Assembly: GCA_964369515.1 (NCBI GenBank)
Contig: CAYJHK010000001.1
Location: forward strand, 1-39,492
DNA: 39,492 bases
Direction of reading: 5' to 3'
Source: an uncultured Desulfovibrionaceae bacterium
Lineage (GTDB): Bacteria; Desulfobacterota; Desulfovibrionia; Desulfovibrionales; Desulfovibrionaceae
Positions 30,570 through 39,171 of the stretch are shown here, one piece after another; within the stretch, counting starts at the first letter, position 1, and each line of letters opens with the position of its first letter. Under the pieces are notes generated by a model. That model did not search any database, was not told the DNA's origin, and saw only the letters and a program-made list of their open reading frames with translations. The translations under genes and the position numbers were made by a program.

Positions 30570-32432
30570 ATGAAAAAGTTTTACAAAAATTCATCTAAAG
30601 CTACATCATTTTTCCCTTGTTTGTTATTGTTTGTCTTTGTGCAAATGCTTCCGCTTTCCGGTAGTTTTGTGGCGCACGCCAAGAACAGCGATATTGACAG
30701 CATCATCCGTGAAGCAGAAAATCGGCGTATAAAAATAACCAAGACCATGGAAGAAAGTACGGTCTTTATTTTTTATGCTGACAGTGACGGCGATGTCAGC
30801 CTTGGTACGGGCTTCGTAGTGGGCGATGGCTACATTCTCACCAATGGGCATGTGGTTGAAGGCGGCAGCAGTTTTTATGTAACAGGAAAAAGTTTTACAC
30901 CGGTAAAAGCTAAGCTTATCAAAATGATTGATAACAATGTGGATGATTTCGCAGTGTTGCAATTTACGCCTCCCGTCAAATTACCCATCTTGAGTTTTAA
31001 TCTTAATTTGAACCGCTCCGATAGGGTGAATGCGTGGGGCTTTCCCTATGCCTATACGCAATTTGATAAGAATACCGACGCCTTGCTTAGCGGAGACAGC
31101 GACGTTGTGCCGCCGGTCATTACCACAGAAGGTGTTGTCAATGCTTTCATAACGACCGATACAAAAATGAACAGCATTTTGCATTCAGCTAATATTGCCA
31201 AGGGCAACAGCGGTGGACCGCTCGTCAATAGCCGTGGACATGTGGTTGGCGTAAACACTTGGATTTCTGCGGAAGAAGGGGAGGGCTCTCACGTCAACGC
31301 CGCACTTACCGCACGGGCTGCCATTGCTTTTTTGCGCTCTGCCGGTGTGGAGCCACGCATTGAGGGCGGTGAAGATGTACCTTCGCAGCATTCGCAGCAG
31401 TTGGCAGAGAATAAGCGCAAAGGGCCTTACGCAACCAAATCCTTTGATTTAAGTGATGACGACTCCGACAGCGACTCCGGCTCTGCTCCCGGTAGCGACG
31501 GTCTTACGGGCGATGCTAAAGATATCTATCCCATGGCGGTGGAAGGCAATGCCGAAGCACAAGCATATCTTGGCCTTGCTTATTGGGAAGGTGATTCTGC
31601 CCCCAAGGACATGCAAAAATCCCTATATTGGTTTAGAAAAGCAGTTCAAAATGATGATAATAACGCCAAAGCATTGCTGGCCTTTATCTACCTCACTGAA
31701 GTTGATTTCTTAAATGTAGAGGAAGGCATGAAATTGTTAGAGCAAGCGGCTGAAAAAGATGCTGAATATGCATCCGGCTTTGCGCTTTTTTCATTTCGAG
31801 GCGAAATGTTGGGCATAGAACGTAATGTGGAAAAAGCCGTGCGTGCTGCCAAACGTGGCACAGAGGTTGGAGATACCGAAGCCATGGGTTTATTGGCTCT
31901 TCTCTATTGCACAGGCGATGGCGTGGAGGCGGACACAAAATACGCTTTTGAACTTGCGGAAAAAGCCGCCAAAGACGATGTGGGCTTGGCTTATGCTGTG
32001 TTAAGCTGGATTCATCACGATGGAGATGTGGGAGAAGCTGACTACGAAAAGGCCGTAAGTTATGCCAAAAAAGCCATTGAAGAAGATGAATCCCTTGGCA
32101 GTGCCTTGCTTGGCATGTATTATCATGATGGGCATGGTGTGGAACAAGATTATGATAAAGCCTTTAAATACGCCAGTGAGGCAGCGGAGGCTTTTGAGGA
32201 GACAGGGCAATACCTCTTGGGCTTGCTCTATGCCAACGGTGAAGGGGTGAAGAGTAATAATGTTAAGGCTTGGGCGTATTTTGACATGGCAGCTCGCAAA
32301 GACGTGAGTAATGCCGCAGAAAATCGTGACAGCGTAGCTGAGGATATGAGTGAGAAAGAAATTAAGGACGCCAAAGCATTGGTGAAACAATGGCATTCGC
32401 AGTATGGCTTGAAGTATGTGGAAAACTACTAA
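30570..32432 (+). CDS. secreted trypsin-like (chymotrypsin-fold) serine protease fused to Sel1/TPR-like repeats
   Basis: Signal peptide. Triad contexts TNGHVV, DDFAVL and GNSGGPLV. Acidic linker DLSDDDSDSDSGS. At least 6 Sel1-type repeats (AQAYLGLAYWEG..., GLLYANGEGV...). Confidence 0.88.
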   Translation: MKKFYKNSSKATSFFPCLLLFVFVQMLPLSGSFVAHAKNSDIDSIIREAENRRIKITKTMEESTVFIFYADSDGDVSLGTGFVVGDGYILTNGHVVEGGSSFYVTGKSFTPVKAKLIKMIDNNVDDFAVLQFTPPVKLPILSFNLNLNRSDRVNAWGFPYAYTQFDKNTDALLSGDSDVVPPVITTEGVVNAFITTDTKMNSILHSANIAKGNSGGPLVNSRGHVVGVNTWISAEEGEGSHVNAALTARAAIAFLRSAGVEPRIEGGEDVPSQHSQQLAENKRKGPYATKSFDLSDDDSDSDSGSAPGSDGLTGDAKDIYPMAVEGNAEAQAYLGLAYWEGDSAPKDMQKSLYWFRKAVQNDDNNAKALLAFIYLTEVDFLNVEEGMKLLEQAAEKDAEYASGFALFSFRGEMLGIERNVEKAVRAAKRGTEVGDTEAMGLLALLYCTGDGVEADTKYAFELAEKAAKDDVGLAYAVLSWIHHDGDVGEADYEKAVSYAKKAIEEDESLGSALLGMYYHDGHGVEQDYDKAFKYASEAAEAFEETGQYLLGLLYANGEGVKSNNVKAWAYFDMAARKDVSNAAENRDSVAEDMSEKEIKDAKALVKQWHSQYGLKYVENY

Positions 32433-32478
32433 GCAAAAGAGCATACGTTATTGATAAATATCATTGTTTTTCTAATAT

Positions 32479-32760
32479 AGTCGAAGCTGAAAAACATGTT
32501 AACAGTCTAAAATTAAATATTTTTTCAGTTAAAATATGTAAATAAAAATGCCGAAAACAAGGGCATGGAATGCACTTTTCCGGCATTTTTATGACGCTAA
32601 AACATGGTTTTTCTGTGACGGCTAACAAAATTTGAACGATAGTGAAAATTTTGCGCCACGTAAAATGAGCCGGAATTCACTTCCGGCGCCCCCGAAGGGG
32701 CATTTGGAGTGAGCGTGCCTTTCTGAAAAATGCATGAAAATGCGTTTTTCAGCTTCGACT
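32479..32760 (+). repeat. 282-bp structured repeat B, copy 1 (MITE-like; 17-bp terminal inverted repeats)
   Basis: Begins AGTCGAAGCTGAAAAAC and ends GTTTTTCAGCTTCGACT. Several internal hairpins. Gapless alignment to 37259-37540. Confidence 0.85.
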
Positions 32761-32762
32761 AG

Positions 32763-32843
32763 TTAGTAGTGGTTAGTGGTTAGTTGATGAGGTTGCTACG
32801 CTCAACATTTACTGCCCACTAGCCACTAATCACTACCCACTAA
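32763..32843. repeat. inverted arrays of the heptamer TTAGTGG
   Basis: Plus strand has TTAGT-AGTGG-TTAGTGG-TTAGTTG at 32763-32786. Four consecutive complements CCACTAG/CCACTAA/TCACTAC/CCACTAA lie at 32816-32843. Confidence 0.8.
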
Positions 32844-33066
32844 AAAGTTACATTTTAACACAAAATATTATATTTTGTCCGAATTTCAAATTAGAACGCC
32901 GTGTAATTTTTATGTACGAGAACATTTTGCACTTGCTTTTAAATGTACTAGAATATAAACTAAGTCTAGGAAAATGTTTGCGATAGAAAACACCAAGCTA
33001 AGTTACTACTTTTGCCACGGATTGTTAAAGCTAATATCAATTGTCTATATAAACACGGAGTAAAAT

Positions 33067-33657
33067 ATGAGCTGGGACAATTTTACCAAAAGCGTACAAA
33101 CAGGACTTTCAACAATTTCTTTCCAAACTGAAAACAAAGAGCTTATTCCAGAAGACGCATTCTTGTTTTGGCAAAATTTAGGTGAAAACACAAGAAATAA
33201 CGGGAACAATTTATTCCTGATAGGCAATGGAGCCAGTGCTGCAATGGCAAGTCATTATGCAACAGACCTTGGTAAAAATGCACTTTTAAAAACCCTCACT
33301 TTTTCAGATGCTTCTTTATTAACAGCTCTTGGAAATGATATAGATTTTTCGCATATTTTTTCTGAACCAATTTCTCGCTTGGGACATGCCGGGGATATGT
33401 TGATAACAATTTCAAGCTCAGGAAATTCACCCAATATCATTAGGGCAATAAACACCGCTCGCTCTTTGAATATGATTATTATTACACTTTCAGCTATGAA
33501 AAAAGATAATAAAAGCCGGACTCTTGGAGATTTGAACATATATGCTCCGGTACAAACATATGGGCTTGCAGAAACAATACATGCAGCAATTTTACACCAT
33601 TGGACAGACTGCATGGTTTTATCTTGGAAAAATCATTTGAAGGGTAAATCATGCTAG
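33067..33657 (+). CDS. SIS-domain sugar-phosphate isomerase, GmhA (phosphoheptose isomerase)-like
   Basis: LIGNGASAAMASHYATDLG and GNDIDFSHIFSEPISRLGHAGDMLITISSSGNSPNIIRAINTARSLNMIIITLS align well from memory with E. coli GmhA. Confidence 0.85.
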   Translation: MSWDNFTKSVQTGLSTISFQTENKELIPEDAFLFWQNLGENTRNNGNNLFLIGNGASAAMASHYATDLGKNALLKTLTFSDASLLTALGNDIDFSHIFSEPISRLGHAGDMLITISSSGNSPNIIRAINTARSLNMIIITLSAMKKDNKSRTLGDLNIYAPVQTYGLAETIHAAILHHWTDCMVLSWKNHLKGKSC

Positions 33658-35171
33658 AAGCAGATAAGAAGTATAAAAAAGAACTTGAAAAAATAGCTAA
33701 TATTATAAGTAAGCTACGTAAAGAAGGTAAGAAAATTGTTCTATGTCATGGAGTCTTTGACCTTCTGCATATAGGGCATATCCGCTATTTGCGAGCATCT
33801 AAAAAACTCGGAGATGTCCTTGTTGTTACAATGTCACCGGATCATTACGTTGATAAAGGGCCTGGGCGTCCTGCATTTTCTGAGCACTTACGCTTGGAAG
33901 CAATAGCATCTCTTGATTGCGTAGATTATGCCGCCATCAATGCTTGGGCAACAGCCGAAGAAACTTTACGCCTGCTACGCCCTGATATTTATTCAAAAGG
34001 TTCTGAATTTAAAAACTTAGAAGATGCAACAGGCAAGATTGCCCGTGAAAATAGTGTCGTAGAAGAAATAGGTGCTACAATACACTTTGTGGAAGATATT
34101 GTGTTTTCATCATCAAACCTCATCAATCAATATCTGTCACAATCTTCTGATGAATGTCGTGAATATTTACGGCAATTTAAACAACGCTACACTGACAGCC
34201 AAATTTTTCTTGAACTAAATCGCATGAAATCATTAAATGTGTTGGTGCTTGGTGATATGATTTTAGATGAGTATATTTATTGCTCAGCTCTTGGCGCATC
34301 GTCAAAAGACCCTGTTCTTGCAGTTAATTTTCAATCATCAGAAGTGTTTGCCGGTGGTTCCGCAGCAATAGCCAACCATGTAGCCCAACAAGCCGGCAGT
34401 GTTACACTTTGCTCTGTACTCGGTGATGATAATAAAGAAAATTGGATTCGTGAGCATTTAAATGAAAACATCATCTTTAAACCTTTTTTGCGCCCAAATA
34501 GTCCTACAGTCCGTAAACAACGCATTATGGACGGCTATAGCTTTCAAAAGTTGATTGAAGTTTATCATATGGAGGCTTCGCCCCTCCCCGAAGATATTGA
34601 ACAAGCTATGCAAGCTTGGATATTAGAAGACATACAAAAGTATGACCTTGTAATTGCAGCAGACTTTGGACATGGCTGCATAAGTGCAAAATTAGCAAGT
34701 TTAATCTCAGAACATGCTGAATTTTTAGCAGTAAATACACAAGCCAATGCCGGAAATCGTGGTTACCATACTATTAGCCGCTATCCAAGAGCTGACTTTA
34801 TATCTTTAGCCGGACATGAGATTACTTTGGAATATCGCAATCAAAAAATCACTACAAGTGCAATGATGACAGATTTACAACATCGCCTTTCTTGTCCAAC
34901 TGTACTTGTTACCGAAGGCAGAAAGGGTTGTGCTGTTTTGCGTGAAGATTTTACTCGTGCGCCTTCATTTGCATCTAATGTCATAGACCGCGTCGGTGCA
35001 GGCGATGCCCTTTTTTCAATTGCAGCTATGGGAGCAAGACTAGGATTTCCCATAGATTTAATGGGATTTTGCGGTAATATTGCAGGCTCTCTTGCTGTTG
35101 AAACCATTGGCAATGCCAAAGCTGTCAGTAAAAATGCTATGCTTCGCTATATAACAGCCATTTTAAAGTAG
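33651..35171 (+). CDS. bifunctional nucleotidyltransferase (cytidylyltransferase-fold, N-terminal) / PfkB-family sugar kinase (C-terminal); HldE-like with reversed domain order
   Basis: N-terminal CHGVFDLLHIGHIRYL (HxGH motif). C-terminal LVLGDMILDEYIY and DRVGAGDALFS (PfkB GAGD). Overlaps the upstream gene by 7 nt. Confidence 0.85.
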   Translation: MLEADKKYKKELEKIANIISKLRKEGKKIVLCHGVFDLLHIGHIRYLRASKKLGDVLVVTMSPDHYVDKGPGRPAFSEHLRLEAIASLDCVDYAAINAWATAEETLRLLRPDIYSKGSEFKNLEDATGKIARENSVVEEIGATIHFVEDIVFSSSNLINQYLSQSSDECREYLRQFKQRYTDSQIFLELNRMKSLNVLVLGDMILDEYIYCSALGASSKDPVLAVNFQSSEVFAGGSAAIANHVAQQAGSVTLCSVLGDDNKENWIREHLNENIIFKPFLRPNSPTVRKQRIMDGYSFQKLIEVYHMEASPLPEDIEQAMQAWILEDIQKYDLVIAADFGHGCISAKLASLISEHAEFLAVNTQANAGNRGYHTISRYPRADFISLAGHEITLEYRNQKITTSAMMTDLQHRLSCPTVLVTEGRKGCAVLREDFTRAPSFASNVIDRVGAGDALFSIAAMGARLGFPIDLMGFCGNIAGSLAVETIGNAKAVSKNAMLRYITAILK

Positions 35172-35178
35172 TATATAT

Positions 35179-36141
35179 ATGTCAAGCTATACTTTATTTG
35201 ACCGCAAGCGTTTACGTTTACTCCCATTAAAAGAGCGTAAACATGACCTACACGGAGATATTATTTCACCGTTAAATAAATGTAATGAAATAGAACCGGA
35301 ATTGCAAATCGCAGCAAAAAAACTTATTGCCGCAAAAAAAGCAAATAAAGCTCGCATTTTTCAATGCGGTGCGCATGTCATCCGCTCAGGTGTTCAAAAC
35401 TATCTTTTTGAGCTTATGGAGCAAGGTTTTATTTCCTGCCTTGTTTTTAATGGTGCTTGTGCTATTCATGATTTTGAATTTGCTCTAATCGGAGCAACAA
35501 CTGAATCCGTAGCCACATATATTAAGAATGGTCAATTTGGACTATGGAAAGAAACAGGGCGTTTAAATGATATCATAAATAGTGGCTGGAAAAATGGTCT
35601 CGGCATTGGTGAATCTGTAGCACGTGAAATTGCTAACGGAAATTATGCCTATAAACATTACAGTATTTTTGCAAAAGCTTGGGAGTGTCGCATTCCTATA
35701 ACGGTACATATTGGCATTGGACATGATATCATTCATGAACACCCAAATTGCAATGGAGAAGCTTTAGGCGGTGCAAGCTATACGGATTTTCTTATTTTTA
35801 CAAATGAGCTTGAAAAGTTAGAGCATGGTTGTGTATATACATTTGGGAGTGCAATTATGGCACCGGAAGTCTTTTTAAAAGCTTTGGCCATGGTGCGCAA
35901 TGTTGCAGAGCAAGAAGGACGCAGTATAAAGCAATTCACGTCCTTGGTTTGCGATTTGCAGAATTTACCCCAAAATATACATGAGGAAGCGAAAAAAAAT
36001 GACCCTCGTTACTATTTTCGCCCATGGAAAACATTGCTTTCACGCACAGTATCTGATGGTGGTGAAAGTTTATATGTTTGTGGTAGGCATGAACATACTA
36101 TACCGGCACTTTGGAGTGCAATACAAAGAGAATTAAATTAA
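35179..36141 (+). CDS. deoxyhypusine-synthase-like (DHS-fold) protein, function unknown
   Basis: FQCGAHVIRSGVQNYLFELMEQGFISCLVFNGACAIHDFEFALIG parallels the DHS segment L.G....G.R..I..L......D..VT..G....D...AL as I remember it from archaeal and human DHS. Confidence 0.5.
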   Translation: MSSYTLFDRKRLRLLPLKERKHDLHGDIISPLNKCNEIEPELQIAAKKLIAAKKANKARIFQCGAHVIRSGVQNYLFELMEQGFISCLVFNGACAIHDFEFALIGATTESVATYIKNGQFGLWKETGRLNDIINSGWKNGLGIGESVAREIANGNYAYKHYSIFAKAWECRIPITVHIGIGHDIIHEHPNCNGEALGGASYTDFLIFTNELEKLEHGCVYTFGSAIMAPEVFLKALAMVRNVAEQEGRSIKQFTSLVCDLQNLPQNIHEEAKKNDPRYYFRPWKTLLSRTVSDGGESLYVCGRHEHTIPALWSAIQRELN

Positions 36142-36171
36142 TGAATATTCTTATAAATTAGGGAGTTTGCT

Positions 36172-37260
36172 TTGTCCACTGATAAAACTCGTGCTGACAA
36201 GTTTCGTATAGACAGCCACAAACTTAATCTACATCCACAACGTGTAGCCGATTGGCTCAACGGGAAGATAATTGCTCCCATATATATGGAAGTGAGTCCA
36301 TCCGGTGCCTGCAATCATCGCTGTTCATTTTGTGGACTTGATTTCATGGGGTATAAGGCTAATTTTTTACCAACTGAGCTTTTTTCTGAACGCTTAGCAG
36401 AAATGGGTGAATATGGACTTAAGTCTATCATGTTTGCCGGTGAGGGCGAGCCACTTTTACATAAAAACATTATTACCCTTTCTGAAAATGCCAAAAAATC
36501 AGGCATCGATATAGCCTTTACGACCAATGCCGTTTTACTTACGCCTGAAAAATCAGAAGAATTACTGCCCATAACGAGCTGGATAAAGGTTAGCTGCAAT
36601 GCCGGCACAAAAGAAAGTTATGCCAAAATTCATGGAACAAATTCTTCTGATTTTGATAAAGTATTAGCTAATATTGAGCAAGCTGTAATTATTCGCAAAA
36701 AACAAAATAGTTCTTGTACTATTGGTATGCAAATGATTTTACTGCCTGAAAACAGAGATTCAGCATTTCAATTTGCACAAAAAATCCGTGGGCTTGGAGT
36801 TGACTATTTAGTTATTAAACCATATTCGCAACATCCGCAAGGTATTTCAAATAATTATGAAAATGTTTGTTATTCAGATTGCGATATACTAGCGCAACAA
36901 CTTGAATCATTAAATACAAATACTTTTAAATGTATTTTTCGTTATGAAACTATGCACCGTCAAGCTATTGGAAAAAAAGCATATAACCGTTGCCAAGCTT
37001 TACCTTTTTGGAGCTATATTGACGCTAAAGGAAATGTTTGGGGTTGCAGTGTTTTTTTAAGCGATGAGAGATTTATATATGGCAATATAAATCGACAAAA
37101 TTTTAAAGAAATTTGGGAAAGTAATGTGCGCAAAAGACATCTTGAATGGATTGCCAACTCCTTTGACGCTTCAAATTGTCGCATAAATTGTCGCATGGAC
37201 GCCATAAATGCTTATCTTTGGGAATTGACCCACCCTAATGCCCATGTAAATTTTATTTAG
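36172..37260 (+). CDS. radical SAM enzyme with C-terminal SPASM/Twitch-like Cys motif
   Basis: CNHRCSFCG (Cx3Cx2C) at 36310-36333. GEGEPLL. C-terminal RCQ...GNVWGCS...YGNI...FKEIW...NCRINCR. TTG start with GGGAG upstream. Confidence 0.85.
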   Translation: MSTDKTRADKFRIDSHKLNLHPQRVADWLNGKIIAPIYMEVSPSGACNHRCSFCGLDFMGYKANFLPTELFSERLAEMGEYGLKSIMFAGEGEPLLHKNIITLSENAKKSGIDIAFTTNAVLLTPEKSEELLPITSWIKVSCNAGTKESYAKIHGTNSSDFDKVLANIEQAVIIRKKQNSSCTIGMQMILLPENRDSAFQFAQKIRGLGVDYLVIKPYSQHPQGISNNYENVCYSDCDILAQQLESLNTNTFKCIFRYETMHRQAIGKKAYNRCQALPFWSYIDAKGNVWGCSVFLSDERFIYGNINRQNFKEIWESNVRKRHLEWIANSFDASNCRINCRMDAINAYLWELTHPNAHVNFI

Positions 37261-37540
37261 TCGCCACTGAAAAACATGATAACAAACTTAAATTAAACAA
37301 CTTTTTAGTTAAAATGCGCAAATAAAAATGCAGGAAACAAGGGTGCGAAGTGCACTTTTCCGGCATTTTTATGAAGCTTAAACATGATTTTTCAGTGACG
37401 ATTAACAAAATTTGAGCGTAAGCGAAAATTTTGCGCCACGTAAAATGAGCCGCAATTCACTTGCGGCGTCCCCGAAGGGGCATTTGGAGTGAGCGTGCCT
37501 TTCTGAAAAATGCATGAAAATGCGTTTTTCAGCTTCGACT
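37259..37540 (+). repeat. 282-bp structured repeat B, copy 2
   Basis: By my hand count, 34 mismatches and no gaps versus copy 1 (about 88 percent identity). The right-hand ~110 nt are almost identical. Its first bases overlap the stop codon of the radical SAM gene. Confidence 0.85.
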
Positions 37541-37573
37541 ATTTGAGACAATTTTAATTTGTAGCGTGATGTA

Positions 37574-39157
37574 ATGCCAAACTTTATTTTAGGTATAGAT
37601 TTAGATAATACTCTTATTAATTATAATCAACTTTTTTATAACCTTGCAGTAGAAAGTGAACTTATTGATCTTAATACCCCTGCTAATAAAACAGCAGTGA
37701 GGAATAGGGTACGCAAACTCTATACAGATGCTGAATGGCAAAAATTACAGTGGTATGCTTATGGTAGCTATTTGCACAAAGCATCTTTATTTCCATTTGT
37801 CAGAGATGCTCTAAAATGGCTTACTGAAAGTAATATAAAATTATATATCATTAGCCATAAAACTGAATACGCTGATATTGATAAAGAAAAAACTGTCAGT
37901 TTAAGAGAAAGTGCTTTGAACTTTTTAGAAGAACAGGGGATTTTCTCATTTATACCAAGTGAAAATGTTATCTTTTGTAATAGCATGACTGAAAAATGTG
38001 CTGCTATAGCAAGAGTAAATTGCACCGATTTCATAGATGATTTACCAGAATTTTTAGGACATGATGCCTTTCCAAACTCAGTGCATAAAATTATGTTTTG
38101 CCCGCAAGGCATAGAGTTTCCAAACGTTCATAATTGTTCAATATTACGTAGTTTTAATGCTTTATCGCTTTTCTTTACACCACAAAAAGAAAAAACTCGC
38201 ATTCATGGTGGCAGAAATAGCCGAGTATGGCATTGGCAATCACCTATTGGAGCTGTCGCAATAAAAGATATTTGCTGTGTAGCAGATGACCCTAGGCAAC
38301 GTGATGCCGCAGAGTGGCGTGCATGGTGTTTCTTAGAAGAATACGGGCTAAATAAGCAACCTACTGCATTAATGAGAGATGTTCGATATGAACAGATTAT
38401 TTCAACTTGGATAAATGGTGCAGCAATTAAAACAATTGAAAATAATGACATTGAACAATTATCAGATTTTTTCAAAGAACTTTACGAATTAAGAGAATTC
38501 GCACAGGTATTGCCACCCGCCGCTGATGCTTGTTTTAATTTACGAGCACTGGACATACATATTCAAGAACGTATTGACCGCCTGCTAAACGCTAAACGAG
38601 AACAAAGGTTTGAGCTTGAATATAATAAGCTTAGTGCTTTTTTAAAATGGGAACTTATCCCCATTTATGAAGAGAGCATTAAGCTCAGTTATAAGGCTTA
38701 TGCAGAAAATAACATACTTGTGGATATGGCACTGTCTTCTGAATTATGTATGCCAAGCCCTTCTGATTTTGGTTTGCACAATGCTTTAAGAACAAATGCA
38801 GGCTTAAAATTTATTGATTTCGAATACTTTGGAAAAGATGACCCTGTGAAGTTGATTTGTGATACTATATTACACCCGGCACTGCCCATGACTGAAGCAG
38901 AAAGACAAGATTTCTTTAATATGGTTTGTGAAAAATGCCAGTTCATTGAAATAGATAAAAACTTTATGGTACGCTTTAAATCCCACTTTCCTTTATGGAA
39001 AATTAAATGGGCGTGCATAATTTTGAATGAGTTTTTAAAATCAGGCCAAAAAAGAAGAATAATTGCCAATGAAAGTGAAGTAATTTCATCTGAAATTTTG
39101 CAATTACAACTACAAAAAGCTGAGCAAATGTTACAAAAAAATATGCCATGTTTGTAA
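37574..39157 (+). CDS. fusion of a HAD-like phosphatase domain (N-terminal) and an APH/choline-kinase-fold phosphotransferase domain (C-terminal)
   Basis: HAD motif I ILGIDLDNTL, motif II IISHKT, acidic motif FIDDLPE. Kinase-fold motifs GGRNSRVW...AIKD and PSDFGLHNAL...FIDFEYFGKDDP. Confidence 0.75.
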   Translation: MPNFILGIDLDNTLINYNQLFYNLAVESELIDLNTPANKTAVRNRVRKLYTDAEWQKLQWYAYGSYLHKASLFPFVRDALKWLTESNIKLYIISHKTEYADIDKEKTVSLRESALNFLEEQGIFSFIPSENVIFCNSMTEKCAAIARVNCTDFIDDLPEFLGHDAFPNSVHKIMFCPQGIEFPNVHNCSILRSFNALSLFFTPQKEKTRIHGGRNSRVWHWQSPIGAVAIKDICCVADDPRQRDAAEWRAWCFLEEYGLNKQPTALMRDVRYEQIISTWINGAAIKTIENNDIEQLSDFFKELYELREFAQVLPPAADACFNLRALDIHIQERIDRLLNAKREQRFELEYNKLSAFLKWELIPIYEESIKLSYKAYAENNILVDMALSSELCMPSPSDFGLHNALRTNAGLKFIDFEYFGKDDPVKLICDTILHPALPMTEAERQDFFNMVCEKCQFIEIDKNFMVRFKSHFPLWKIKWACIILNEFLKSGQKRRIIANESEVISSEILQLQLQKAEQMLQKNMPCL

Positions 39158-39171
39158 TTTAATCATTGCGC

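Noticed and set aside
32433-33066. Looked for a tRNA, integrase or att site marking the island border.
   Set aside because: No cloverleaf-compatible sequence or recombinase ORF was seen, only repeat B and the heptamer palindrome. The island status therefore rests on composition and repeats alone.
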